Source: Gammaproteobacteria bacterium
GTDB taxonomy: Bacteria > Pseudomonadota > Gammaproteobacteria > Eutrophobiales > Eutrophobiaceae
Assembly (NCBI GenBank): GCA_965222155.1
Contig: CBDCTH010000012.1
Coordinates: 416,001-480,000, forward strand
Length of the DNA stretch: 64,000 nucleotides
Direction: 5' to 3'
Below, piece after piece: positions 20,511 through 30,039 of the stretch. Numbering within the stretch: position 1 is the stretch's first letter; the number at the start of each line of letters is the position of its first letter. Both the position numbers and the translations under genes were made by a program. The notes under the pieces were generated by a model. That model was not told the origin of the DNA and ran no database searches. It was given only the letters and a program-made list of their open reading frames with translations.

Positions 20511-20788
20511 TAGTGATAATCCTCATAATCTACGGCATAGGCGTCGCTGTCCATGAACTCGAATATGATCCGCCAGTTGCCGCTTACGTTAATTGCCCAC
20601 TGCCCTCTCTTATCACCCTTGAGTGGGTGCATGCGCCAACCGGGTATATTCATATCCTCGATTGTGAACGCAGTATGCAAGGCCTGTAACCGTTCCTCAA
20701 TTCGCGCTTTATGGGTTGACTGAATACCGGCCGTGCTACCCGTGGTGAAGAATTTCTCTAATCCCTTATGCTTAAAGCTCCTGATCAT
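20510..20788 (-). CDS. higB: HigB/RelE family toxin
   Basis: MIRSFKHKGL, HPLKGD, VSGNWRI and DYEDYH motifs. Confidence 0.9.
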   Translation of the reverse strand: MIRSFKHKGLEKFFTTGSTAGIQSTHKARIEERLQALHTAFTIEDMNIPGWRMHPLKGDKRGQWAINVSGNWRIIFEFMDSDAYAVDYEDYH

Positions 20789-20896
20789 GACGGCTTGTAC
20801 TTTACACTTGCGCAAGTTGGAATTCAAGGATGAATTCACAGTTTAATTGTTCCTAAGGTACTGACAAATTAACTCCCGAAAATACATAATGCCGGT

Positions 20897-21580
20897 ATGA
20901 ATATATACAAACGTCACCGGTTTCCACCCGATATCATCAGTTATGCAGTCTGGCTATATTTTCGATTCAATCTTAGCCACTGGGATATTGAAGACCTGCT
21001 GGCACAACGTGGAATAATCGTCAGCTATGAATCCATCAGGTTATGGTGCATCAAGTTTGGCCGGATTTATGCCAGACGGTTGAAGCGCCGACACACAGGT
21101 TATGGAGACACATTCTTCATGGATGAAGTCTTCGTGAAGATAAACGGCAAGCAGCAATATCTATGGCGAGCTGTTGACCAGGAGGGTGAAGTGGTTGATG
21201 TATTTCTACAGTCGCGTCGTGATGGGGTAGCGGCTAAACGATTCTTTAAACGCCTGCTGCGAAGACAGGATGAAGAGCCCAGGCAAATTGTAACCGATAA
21301 ATTACGACGCTATGGCATCGCGCAGCGTGCGCTGATCCCGGAGACTATCCATAACACAGCACAGTATGCCAATAACAGGGCGGAATTATCTCATCAGCCG
21401 ACCAGAGTCAGAGAACGCGGGATAAGGCGATTCAAGTCAACTGCGCAGGCTCAGCGATTTTTGAATGTCCACGCGGCAGTGTACAATCTTTTCAACCTTG
21501 GACGACATCTTGTAAGCGCCAGGCATTACAGAAAACTCAGGATAGATGCCTTTGGACAATGGACAATAGCCGTTGCTTGA
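20897..21580 (+). CDS. IS6 family transposase (left IR at 20857; right IR lost)
   Basis: YKRHRFPP, MDEVFVKING, VTDKL and NNRAELSHQPTR motifs. Confidence 0.92.
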   Translation: MNIYKRHRFPPDIISYAVWLYFRFNLSHWDIEDLLAQRGIIVSYESIRLWCIKFGRIYARRLKRRHTGYGDTFFMDEVFVKINGKQQYLWRAVDQEGEVVDVFLQSRRDGVAAKRFFKRLLRRQDEEPRQIVTDKLRRYGIAQRALIPETIHNTAQYANNRAELSHQPTRVRERGIRRFKSTAQAQRFLNVHAAVYNLFNLGRHLVSARHYRKLRIDAFGQWTIAVA

Positions 21581-21751
21581 TTCCGGACAATGAATTTCTA
21601 CTGTGACCTTCCCCCAATAAACTGGACCAATCTAAACTAGAGTTTTCCGCAATTTGGCCCTTCTGACCTGCCCCCTACGGATCAGACCGAATGGATGGGA
21701 TGAACTGAAGGGAGGGCGAAACTCCGAAGGGTGTATCTACGGGTCCTTCTC

Positions 21752-22111
21752 TCAGGTCTCGCCAATAAGACTTTCCAACGGAATGGACAGCTTGGAATGA
21801 AGGTTTCTTATCATGGCCAACGAGAGTTCACGGCGCCGGTTGAGGATGTCCGAAACCCTGCCCCGGTTGCCGATACAGGGCTCCAGGTCCTTTCTCGTCA
21901 GGTTCATTTGCTCCATCCTGAATTTTATGGCATCCACGGGGTCCGGCGGAGCAATCCGGTGATGCTTGTCTTCATAATCTTCAACTAGGATTAGCAGGAT
22001 ATCCAGTTTGTCACCCGCTGCCGTCCCTTCTTCGGCTCCCCACAACCTTTCGATTTCTGCAAGGGTCTGGTCGTAATCCTGTTCATTTCTTATGGGTTGA
22101 ATATCCATCAT
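21752..22111 (-). CDS. HigA-type HTH antitoxin
   Basis: IRNEQDY, PPDPVDAIKFRMEQ and RRELSLAMIRNLH motifs. Confidence 0.88.
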   Translation of the reverse strand: MMDIQPIRNEQDYDQTLAEIERLWGAEEGTAAGDKLDILLILVEDYEDKHHRIAPPDPVDAIKFRMEQMNLTRKDLEPCIGNRGRVSDILNRRRELSLAMIRNLHSKLSIPLESLIGET

Positions 22112-22409
22112 ACGTCTCCGCATCAATAGTGTCATATTGCTTGTGAGTGCCGATAAACTTCACAAAACAGGCCTGTCTCTGGTAATCGATAGCAACAACC
22201 AGCCGGTACTTATTCCCTGCTATATTGAAAACCACACGGTTGTTTTTGAGGATACTCGCCGCCCCGAACTGTGCTTTCAACTCCTGGGGCTTAGTCCATG
22301 AAGCCCTTATTACTTCAAAATACCAAGACTCCAATGGCCCCTTCGCATCAGCATATTCAGGCACCGACTCCCAGAACTCCCTTAATGACCTTTTTGCGAT
22401 TACCCGCAC
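22083..22409 (-). CDS. HigB mRNA interferase toxin
   Basis: MRVIAKRSLREFWE, RVVFNIAGNKYRL and FIGTHKQYD motifs. Confidence 0.9.
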   Translation of the reverse strand: MRVIAKRSLREFWESVPEYADAKGPLESWYFEVIRASWTKPQELKAQFGAASILKNNRVVFNIAGNKYRLVVAIDYQRQACFVKFIGTHKQYDTIDAETYDGYSTHKK

Positions 22410-22559
22410 AGGGATTATTATAGATGATTCCTGATTGGGATCAAGCTAAGATTTGAGTAGTGTCAAATCACCAAACTCGATATTTACTGATAATTCAATA
22501 TCTTGCACGTCCTCACGAAGTTTACATATCTCTCCCGCAGAGACGTAAAATCATACCGG

Positions 22560-22664
22560 ATATATTGTTGGTACAGATGTTGGGATAATAAAAATAGTGA
22601 AGTTATTAATTACAATAAATCAATAAGTTATAAATGTAATACTATTACGTCCCTGGCCATACTT
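22560..22664 (+). repeat. att arm plus core 2 (core 22649-22664)
   Basis: TGTTGGTACAGATGTTGGGATA arm repeats, IHF-like AATCAATAAGTTA, then TACTATTAC and the core. Confidence 0.85.
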
Positions 22665-22694
22665 ATCCGCCTGAATCGAATCGGCCATTATAGG

Positions 22695-22798
22695 GTGAGG
22701 CGCCGTGAAACGCTGATTGCCCGGCCGCGTTTTGGCTATCGGCGTCTGCATGTGTTATTGCAGCGGGAAGGCTGGGCGGCGAATCACAAGCGCATTAA
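22695..22798 (+). pseudogene. IS3-family transposase fragment
   Basis: RPRFGYRRLHVLLQREGWAANHKRI. Confidence 0.7.
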
Positions 22799-22854
22799 TT
22801 TAGAGAAGAGTATAACCTGGGGTTGAGAACGGTGCTGATGAGCGTCATTCTGCG

Positions 22855-23055
22855 CTACATGGTTTCAAATTCCAGGGAGGACCATTTTATGCTGGAGGAA
22901 CGCTTGGAAAGATTCAACATCTCTAAGCCTACGAGTTCATTGGCTTCATTGTAATCAAGAACTACTCCGGGCGAGACCTCTTCTGATTCGACATTTTTTG
23001 AATCATCCAGGCGCAGGTAGAGTGCGTCAGCTTCATTATCAACGTGCAGTTTCAT
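22855..23055 (-). CDS. DUF2283 family protein (diverged paralog, no DUF4258 partner)
   Basis: Near-identical protein to 19748-19948. Confidence 0.85.
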   Translation of the reverse strand: MKLHVDNEADALYLRLDDSKNVESEEVSPGVVLDYNEANELVGLEMLNLSKRSSSIKWSSLEFETM

Positions 23056-23061
23056 AAACAA

Positions 23062-23397
23062 TCAGGAATAAATTTCAAGGCAACTGCTCTCGTGATCATT
23101 ATAGAAGTCATGAATTCTATCCTGGTTGTTGATCAGGAGGCCAAGTACATACCACTTGGGCTTGTTACCACATTTGAGCCAGATAACTTTGGGCGGTTTG
23201 CCATGTAACAGGCTGAGTTCGTGAAAATCTGAGTCCTTGGTAACAATCGTATAACCATTATCTTTGGCAAATCGCCAGATAGTCATATCGTCTGCCTGCT
23301 CAAGACCCAGTGATCTGACTTGCGTTGAACCGGGGTAGATGGACTTGATCTTGTCCAGCAACCGGTACGGCAGGTTCTGGTCCAAGAGCAACTTCAA
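23062..23397 (-). CDS. DUF5615 PIN-like toxin
   Basis: MKLLLDQNL, IVTKDSDF and PPKVIWL.CGN motifs. Confidence 0.88.
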   Translation of the reverse strand: MKLLLDQNLPYRLLDKIKSIYPGSTQVRSLGLEQADDMTIWRFAKDNGYTIVTKDSDFHELSLLHGKPPKVIWLKCGNKPKWYVLGLLINNQDRIHDFYNDHESSCLEIYS

Positions 23398-23621
23398 GTC
23401 TGTGCTATCGTAGATAACTGGTGTTCACGGTCGGCAGCAAAGGCAAGACAAGCTCTGATATCATCCCTGGTCAGTTCCGGATAATCGTCCAGAATCTCAG
23501 TTTCGCTCATACCTGACGCCAACCAGTCCAGCACATCATAGACGGTGATCCGCATGGAGCGGATACACGGCTTGCCGCCACGCTTACCTGGTTCGATGGT
23601 AATGTAATTTTGATAGTTCAT
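23394..23621 (-). CDS. DUF433 antitoxin
   Basis: PGKRGGKPCIR..RITV..YPELT.DDI.ACL.FA. Confidence 0.9.
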   Translation of the reverse strand: MNYQNYITIEPGKRGGKPCIRSMRITVYDVLDWLASGMSETEILDDYPELTRDDIRACLAFAADREHQLSTIAQT

Positions 23622-23709
23622 TATGTGGTGCACCACATTGAGTAACAGCATAAACCTTAATCACGATCCTTTACAAGTAATACTACTCATTTAATTGGCT
23701 TAGTCCCAT

Positions 23710-24005
23710 CTGACATGCCCCCTGCGGATCAGACTGAATGAATGGGATGAACCGCAGGCAGGGCGAAACACCGAATGGCGGATCTACGGGTCCTGCCCTC
23801 AGGTCTCGCCAATAAGACTTTCCAACGGAATGGACAGCCTGGAATGAAGGTTTCTTATCATGGCCAACGAGAGTTCCAAGCGCCGGTTCAGAATATCCGA
23901 AACCCTCATACATCTCCACAATAATTACTGATAAATCAATGTCTTGCACGTTCTCACGAAGTTTATATATCGTCCCCGCAGAGAAGTAAAGCCATATCGG
24001 AATAA
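23710..24005. repeat. Deleted, diverged paralog of 21663-21860 fused to 22481-22560 (HigA 3' remnant plus arm-proximal sequence)
   Basis: Shares GGATCAGAC..CAGGTCTCGCCAATAAGACTTTCCAACGG and CTTGCACG.CTCACGAAGTTTA. Confidence 0.75.
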
Positions 24006-24068
24006 ATGTTGTAACGGCATTTATTAAACCAATAAAAATGCATTTATAACAGTATCTTATCAGTCCAG

Positions 24069-24093
24069 TACTATTACGTCCCTGGCCATACTT
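24069..24093 (+). repeat. att core 3 (24078-24093) with degenerate arm
   Basis: TACTATTACGTCCCTGGCCATACTT. Confidence 0.85.
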
Positions 24094-24195
24094 TTGCCTG
24101 AATCGAACCGGCCATTGTCAGGCCATGCGCTGTTCTGCGAGAGTCGGCGCATCTTGAGTGTCGTGACTTGGTTACGACTGGCAGTCGTACTTTTT

Positions 24196-24396
24196 TCACT
24201 TCACAGCCTCAATCAAATCGATATCTTTTCTAAGCATCTCATTGATCAATTCATTCACCTCGACGCCTTTCGATGCGGCCCTCTCTTTAAGGTAATCAAG
24301 TACGTCATCGTCCAGGTAGACAGGCAGGTTAAATTTAGCTCCGGGCCGGTAAAATTTACCGCGCTCGCCTTCGGTAAAATCGTATTCGTCTCTCAT
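24196..24396 (-). CDS. BrnA/CopG-like antitoxin, cognate toxin absent
   Basis: MRDEYDF..RGKFY..PVYLD.DVL.Y. Confidence 0.75.
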   Translation of the reverse strand: MRDEYDFTEGERGKFYRPGAKFNLPVYLDDDVLDYLKERAASKGVEVNELINEMLRKDIDLIEAVK

Positions 24397-24397
24397 T

Positions 24398-24550
24398 GGG
24401 TATTGACAAGTTAACTAAAAAATCAAGGATTTCTTGATTTTTCATACGCTATTGAAAAATAAATAGCTACGATAATCAACAAGTTGAATTTTGTGCGCGA
24501 ACACAAACTTTAGCTAAAACGGTGATTTTTCCGTTAACTTGTCAATACCC
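24398..24550. mobile_element. 153-bp MITE
   Basis: 18-bp perfect terminal IR GGGTATTGACAAGTTAAC; ATT on both flanks; non-coding. Confidence 0.8.
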
Positions 24551-24575
24551 ATTTTTCAGCGGGTATCGAAAAATA

Positions 24576-24866
24576 TCAGGACGCATGAGGTCTGGCCATC
24601 AGGTCAACCCCCAGTGACTTCATGACTGCAAGCATGGTTTTAAGCCTCGGATTCCCTTTCTCACTGAAAGATCGATAAAGCTGTTCGCGTGACAACCCAG
24701 TCTCCCTGGCAAGTTCTGTCATGCCCTTGACGCGAGCTGCCACACCCATCGCCTTGGCAATGTATACAGCGTCCCCGGTTTCCAGGGCGTCAGTAACAAA
24801 TTCTGCTATTGTTTCAGGGCTGGTCAGGTAATCAGCCGGGTCAAATTCAGTAAATGTTTCAGCCAT
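24576..24866 (-). CDS. Addiction module antidote protein
   Basis: FDPADYL, ARVKGMTELARETGLSREQLYRS and GNPRL motifs. Confidence 0.88.
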   Translation of the reverse strand: MAETFTEFDPADYLTSPETIAEFVTDALETGDAVYIAKAMGVAARVKGMTELARETGLSREQLYRSFSEKGNPRLKTMLAVMKSLGVDLMARPHAS

Positions 24867-25110
24867 TTTGTTTCCTCCAATCGGTTAAAATCCGGCATGC
24901 AGTATCAATGTCCCTGCGTTGTGTACCCTTATCGCCTCCGCAAAGTAGGATGATCATTGTGTCTCCCCGTTGATGGAAATAGACCCGGTATCCCGGCCCG
25001 TAGTGTATCCGTAGTTCACTCACTCAGTTGCCGACAGGCGCAACATCACCCGGTAACCCTTCCATCAGCCGGTTGATCCGGGAGACAATTCTGGCTCTTC
25101 CGGTTTCAAT
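24859..25110 (-). pseudogene. Addiction module killer toxin pseudogene
   Basis: Manual translation RARIVSRINRL..GLPGDVAPVGN*VSELRIHYGPGYRVYF..LLCGGDK: internal TGA and missing N-terminus. Confidence 0.8.
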
Positions 25111-25223
25111 CTTTTTCACTGGTTTATTGTAGTTTATTGACTACACATAAGCAATGTTTTTCTGTGTAGGCAAAATAAAATGTTTGAATTCCAGGGACAC
25201 GAATTCCAGGGACACAATACTTA

Positions 25224-26791
25224 GTCGTCCCTGAATAACCCCAAAAGCTATTCTAACCTGTTGATTATATTTATATAAGTTACGTTTTTTTCTGGACTGA
25301 TAGTGCCGGTTTTGGTATCATGGACCTTCATTTTCTTGCAATATCGGAGATAAAAATGACGCCCAGACAACCTGACGCCGCTACCCGCACCGCAACCGAC
25401 CTGTTCCGCGAACGCCTGGACACTATGCTCAACCAACGCCATGCCTTATATCGCCTGGCCGACCTGATAGAGTGGTCGGTGTTTGATAAGGAGTTCGGGT
25501 CACTGTACTGCCCGGATAACGGTTGTCCGGGGAAACCGACCCGGTTGATGGTGGGGTTGCAGTATCTCAAGCATGTGTATGGGTTATCGGACGAGGCAGT
25601 GGTGTCGGGCTGGGTGGAGAATCCGTATTGGCAGTATGTCTGCGGGGCGGTGTACTTTCAGCATGAGGCGCCGGTAGACCCGAGCAGCCTGACGCGCTGT
25701 CGCCAACGCATTGGGGAGTCGGGGTGTGCGCGGATTTTACAGGTGACGGTGGCGCTGGGGGTGCAGAGCAAGGCAGTGAAGACGACGGACTTCAAACGGG
25801 TGACGGTGGACACCACGGTACAGGAGATAAGCGGTGAGTTATCCGACCGACAGCAAGTTGCTGAATCGGTCCCGGGTGCGGTGGGTACGGTTATGTCACA
25901 AACAGGGGGTGGTGTTACGCCAGAGCACTGCCCGCAAGGGGCCGCGGGCGTTACAACAGGCGAACCGCTACGGTCATGCCAAACAGTATCGGCGGCTGCG
26001 GCGCGAGGTGAAGCGGTTACGCACGTATCTGGGCCGGGTGGTGCGTGACAGTGAGCGTAACACCGCTGGCAATCCGGCACAGCAGCGTATCTTTGCCGAT
26101 GAATTGGCCTTAGCCAAGCGGCTGCTGGCGCAGCAGAAACAGGATAAACACAAGCTGTACAGCCTGCATGCGCCGGAGGTGGAATGTATCAGTAAGGGCA
26201 AGGTGGCTAAACGTTATGAATTCGGGGTGAAGGCGAGCATTGCCACCACGAACAAGAGCAACTTCGTGGTGGGGGGTATGGCCTTGCCGGGCAGTCCGTA
26301 TGACGGGCACACCTTGAAGGAAGCCCTGGCACAGGTGCGGCGCTTGACCGGGACGAGTATTGACGAGGCGTTTGTGGACAGGGGCTATCGGGGGCATGAT
26401 GAAACGGCGAGTACGGTGTATATCTCCGGGCAGAAGCGCGGCATTAAAACCCAACGATTGAAACGGTCGCTCAAGCGCCGCCAGGCAATTGAACCGGTCA
26501 TCGGTCATTTGAAAGCCGACGGGCTGTTAGGGCGCAATCACCTGACAGGGACACAAGGCGACCAATTAAATGTCCTGTTGAGTTGTGCCGGCCACAACCT
26601 GCGCCTGGTCCTGAGACGGCTCAGGTTTTTTTGTCTCGAAAAAAGGATACTTATACTGGCTTGGCTCCGCGTGTTGGTGCCCGCAGCGCGTCTGTCAGGC
26701 ATCGGCACACAGTTGAACCAAAAGCTGGCTGGTCTGGCTCCGCTACCGACGTCCATAATGGCAGCCTGAAATCGGGTTTTTCAGGATCGAC
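25224..26791 (+). mobile_element. IS5 family element, frameshifted transposase (copy 1)
   Basis: IRs GTCGTCCCTGAATAACCC and GGGTTTTTCAGGATCGAC; VDTTVQE/YPTD split by an extra base near 25828; AFVDRGYRG and IEPVIGHLK motifs. Confidence 0.9.
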
Positions 26792-26880
26792 AAGTTAAGG
26801 GTACTCTGATAAGCGAACCATGAAACAGACGTGGTGCTAACAATATTTCGAATCGCCCAGGATTTAATTTCGAGCCTACC

Positions 26881-27138
26881 ATGAGATTAACGGACGTTAA
26901 AGAAGTTATAGGTCCGGACGGTACGATTATTAAAGCTGACCCATTCGGTAATAATCTTGCTATTGCCTGTGAAAATGAGAATTGCGAATATCCAGTACTT
27001 TTGATTGCTCGCAAACATCAACGAGGAAACAGTAGAGGTAATCCCGCTGTGTGTAGACGTTGTCGTAGCGCCTATTACCTGGATACTGATCGCTCTAATT
27101 CAGAAACACTATACATTCACAAGTTGCCTAAACAATAA
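26881..27138 (+). CDS. Small Cys-rich hypothetical protein (possible Zn ribbon)
   Basis: C-x4-C and C-x2-C pairs; AT-rich ORF between IS elements. Confidence 0.5.
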   Translation: MRLTDVKEVIGPDGTIIKADPFGNNLAIACENENCEYPVLLIARKHQRGNSRGNPAVCRRCRSAYYLDTDRSNSETLYIHKLPKQ

Positions 27139-27154
27139 ACCAATGGTCTGTATA

Positions 27155-27853
27155 GGGTACTGACAAATTAACTCTTTTGGCCCAGTAGAAACTTATTGTT
27201 AGGAATCAAGCGATGGCTGTTGTCCATAGTCCAAAGGCATCTATCCTGAGTTTTTTGTAATGCTCAGCGCTTACAAGATGTCGTCCAAGGTTGAAAAGAT
27301 TGTACACTGCCGCGCGGACATCCAGAAATTGCTGAGCCTGCGCTGTTGACTTGAATCGCCTCATCCCGCGTTCTCTGACTCTGGTCGGCTGATGAGATAA
27401 TTCCGCCCTGTTATTGGCATACTGTGCTGTGTTATGTATAGTCTCCGGGATCAGCGCACGCTGCGCGATGCCATAGCGTCGTAATTTATCGGTTACAATT
27501 TGCCTGGGTTCTTCACCCTGTCTTCGCAGCAGGCGTTTGAAGAATCGTTTAGCCGCTGCCCCATCACGGCGCGATTGAATAAATACATCAATAACTTCAC
27601 CCTCCTGGTCAACAGCCCACCACAGATATTGCTGATTGCCGTTTATCTTCACGAAGACTTCATCTATGTAGAATGTGTCTCCATAACCTGTGTGCCAGCA
27701 GGTGTGCCAGCAGGTCTTCAATATCCCGGTGGCTAAGATTGAATCGAAAGTAAAGCCAGACAGCATAGCTGATGATAGCGGGTGGAAACCGGTGACGTTT
27801 AGTTGTATTCATACCGGCATTATCCATTTTCGGGAGTTAATTTGTCAGTACCC
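27155..27853 (-). mobile_element. IS6 family element with internal deletion
   Basis: Both IRs GGGTACTGACAAATTAACT present; the transposase lacks the segment between EDLLA and HTGYG. Confidence 0.88.
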
Positions 27854-27854
27854 A

Positions 27855-28015
27855 AGGGGGCGCCGACTGACGGCCGTGCTTGGTGCGGCCGGCGGGTGGT
27901 TCGGGGCGGTTCCTGGCTCAGTGATCCGCGGGCCCTGCGTTCCGCCGACCGTTACGGGTTCACCCGCTCGTCCCGCGGCAGCGATATCGGCTTCCGCCTG
28001 GCCCAGGACAAGTAG
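27855..28015 (+). pseudogene. C-terminal FGE-sulfatase (C-type lectin fold) fragment
   Basis: RVVRGGSW....LRSA.R.......GFRLAQD*; 5' end cut by IS6. Confidence 0.75.
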
Positions 28016-28149
28016 AACGAAGTTGAGATACGATGCCGGTTGAGCAGGCTTCGGACTATTTCGAACGCTTGTGATTCAGGGCTTGATAGCTGATGATAAT
28101 CAACCCGGCAATGAATACACCAAAGGTGAAAATGAACAGGTATTCCATG

Positions 28150-28377
28150 TTATAACTCCTCTAATCGGTCAAGACAGGTAAAGACACGACGGTTGATGAA
28201 AACCAGAATGATTGTCACGACAATAACGGACATTGAGCAGAGTATCAGGATGGATTGCCTGGCTGTTTCAAAGTTCTGAACAAACCACGCCAGCAACGAG
28301 AGGTCTGTGACAGTCATAATAGCGAAAATAATCTTGTACCATCCAATTTCCTGCTCAATTCGGTTAACCTCGGACAT
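28150..28377 (-). CDS. Small two-TM hypothetical protein
   Basis: Hydrophobic 75-aa ORF. Confidence 0.55.
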   Translation of the reverse strand: MSEVNRIEQEIGWYKIIFAIMTVTDLSLLAWFVQNFETARQSILILCSMSVIVVTIILVFINRRVFTCLDRLEEL

Positions 28378-28811
28378 GTAGCAATTATAGCACAGCCTGA
28401 GTCGCTCCCGATGTCTATTCCCGAGTATGGAACGCGAAAACCAGCACTATAGCACTATAGGGTCGGACTGGTCTAACTACTTGTTTCAAATTAGTTTATA
28501 TGCCAACTATGCCTGTTATTTCCTCTTAGATCCCCCTTTTTGCCATCAAAATCGAGGTTGTAAAAACTCCATGTCTGTTTGACGGCATTACTCTCCTGAT
28601 TCGAAGTGGTCTGCCTGTGCTGCATCTGATACTTCCTCCTTAAAGTCCTGTATTGACATATGAAAAACACAGTCTAAGCGTAGAACAGCACGTTTTTTAG
28701 ACATGGTTTTTCTTTATTTTCAGTAGCTTCTGCCAGGCTGGCCTGGTCTGATTCTGTACTGTAGTTCGCGGCAAATCTGTTCAGGGGCACGTCAGAAATC
28801 ATGCCGGATAA

Positions 28812-28911
28812 ATTGTTGGGACAGATGTTGGGATAAAAAAATTAGTAAGTAAATAATTAATACTAATCAACAGGTTATAAATATAATACTATTACGTCCC
28901 TGGCCATACTT
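28812..28911 (+). repeat. att arm plus core 4 (core 28896-28911)
   Basis: TGTTGGGACAGATGTTGGGATA, IHF-like AATCAACAGGTTA, then TACTATTAC and the core. Confidence 0.85.
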
Positions 28912-29055
28912 ATCTACAAATACTGACGCTGATCTATCCTCAATAATCCGAGCCAAATCAGTTTAAAGGGAGAAGACCATTTAAGTTATTTTCTAACGTA
29001 ATCACTGGTATCGCTTTAAGGGTGCAGGTCACTCATCAGGAGCGATTCAATAGTT

Positions 29056-29499
29056 TCATTCGGCAACTTTGACCTCGGTCTCCATGAGAGGCGCAAAAGG
29101 ATTAATCACACGCAAGCCATCGTAATCCTGCTCGCTGCTCATGTCTTCGGAGTACACGGCATCGCAGCCGCAGGCGCGCGCTGCCGCCAAAATGGCGCTG
29201 TCCCAATAAGACAACCCGAAGCGCTCACGGATTGCGAACGCAGCGCGCATCACATCACTCGTTACAGATTGCACACGAAAGCGGTGTAGGGACTCTACAA
29301 AATTCACGGCTTCGCGGTGTGTGAGCGCGCCCAATCGCGAAGCACGGGTTGCCTGTACGTAGAATTCCTGCAGGACCTGTACGGATAGGGCAAGATCGCG
29401 CGCCGTAAGCAAGCTGATAGCGCGTCGCTGTTTGTCCGCGTCCGCGCCGCTGACGGCATAAATCAGAACATTGGTGTCAAGGAAGCGCAGCGCGCTCAT
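29056..29499 (-). CDS. VapC/PIN domain toxin
   Basis: FLDTNVLIYA, SVQVLQEFY, SYWDSAI and YSEDM motifs. Confidence 0.9.
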   Translation of the reverse strand: MSALRFLDTNVLIYAVSGADADKQRRAISLLTARDLALSVQVLQEFYVQATRASRLGALTHREAVNFVESLHRFRVQSVTSDVMRAAFAIRERFGLSYWDSAILAAARACGCDAVYSEDMSSEQDYDGLRVINPFAPLMETEVKVAE

Positions 29500-29740
29500 G
29501 CAACGCGCTACGAGGAAGATTGTCGGTTGCTCGTAACCCCGCACCGCGGGCGCGGATATCTTCCAGAGTCCTGTCCTGGAGTTGACTGAGCCGATCGAAC
29601 TCGGTCCCGATAACTCGTCCCTGGACCAATGCCAGGAGATATTCGCGCACAAGAGCTGATACCGATGTCCCCGTTTCAGCCGCTTTGACGCGGGAGAGCC
29701 GGTATGTTTCGTCGTCTACGGATACAGTGATATTTTTCAT
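29477..29740 (-). CDS. Ribbon-helix-helix antitoxin
   Basis: MKNITVSVDD..RVKAAE.GTSVSALVREYL; overlaps the PIN gene. Confidence 0.85.
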   Translation of the reverse strand: MKNITVSVDDETYRLSRVKAAETGTSVSALVREYLLALVQGRVIGTEFDRLSQLQDRTLEDIRARGAGLRATDNLPRSALHERAALP

Positions 29741-29902
29741 CGACACAGTTTCACATTTATTGTGCTACACAGGTTAGACCAGGTACTGACCAACGTCAAG
29801 CAAGTCTTCAACTAAATTTCTGACCCTGGACAAACACATGTCGCAGGGGGCTGGTCAGTGGGCGGTTAACCAGCCAATATAGGCCGGAACGGTTAAAAAT
29901 TC

Positions 29903-30002
29903 ATGTTGGTGCAAATGTTGGTTAAATTAAATTATAAGAATTATTATTTTAATAAAAACAATAAGATAAAATAATAATTATATTGCGTCCCTGGCCATAC
30001 TT
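29903..30002 (+). repeat. att arm plus core 5 (core 29987-30002)
   Basis: TGTTGGTGCAAATGTTGGTTA, AT-rich tract, then TATTGC and the core. Confidence 0.85.
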
Positions 30003-30039
30003 ATCTATAAATATTGACGCTGATGAGCGTCATTCTGCA

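Noticed and set aside
25820-25840. Programmed frameshift in the IS5 transposase
   Set aside because: No slippery A-run; it looks like a single-base insertion in a Lys codon, alongside other degenerate substitutions.
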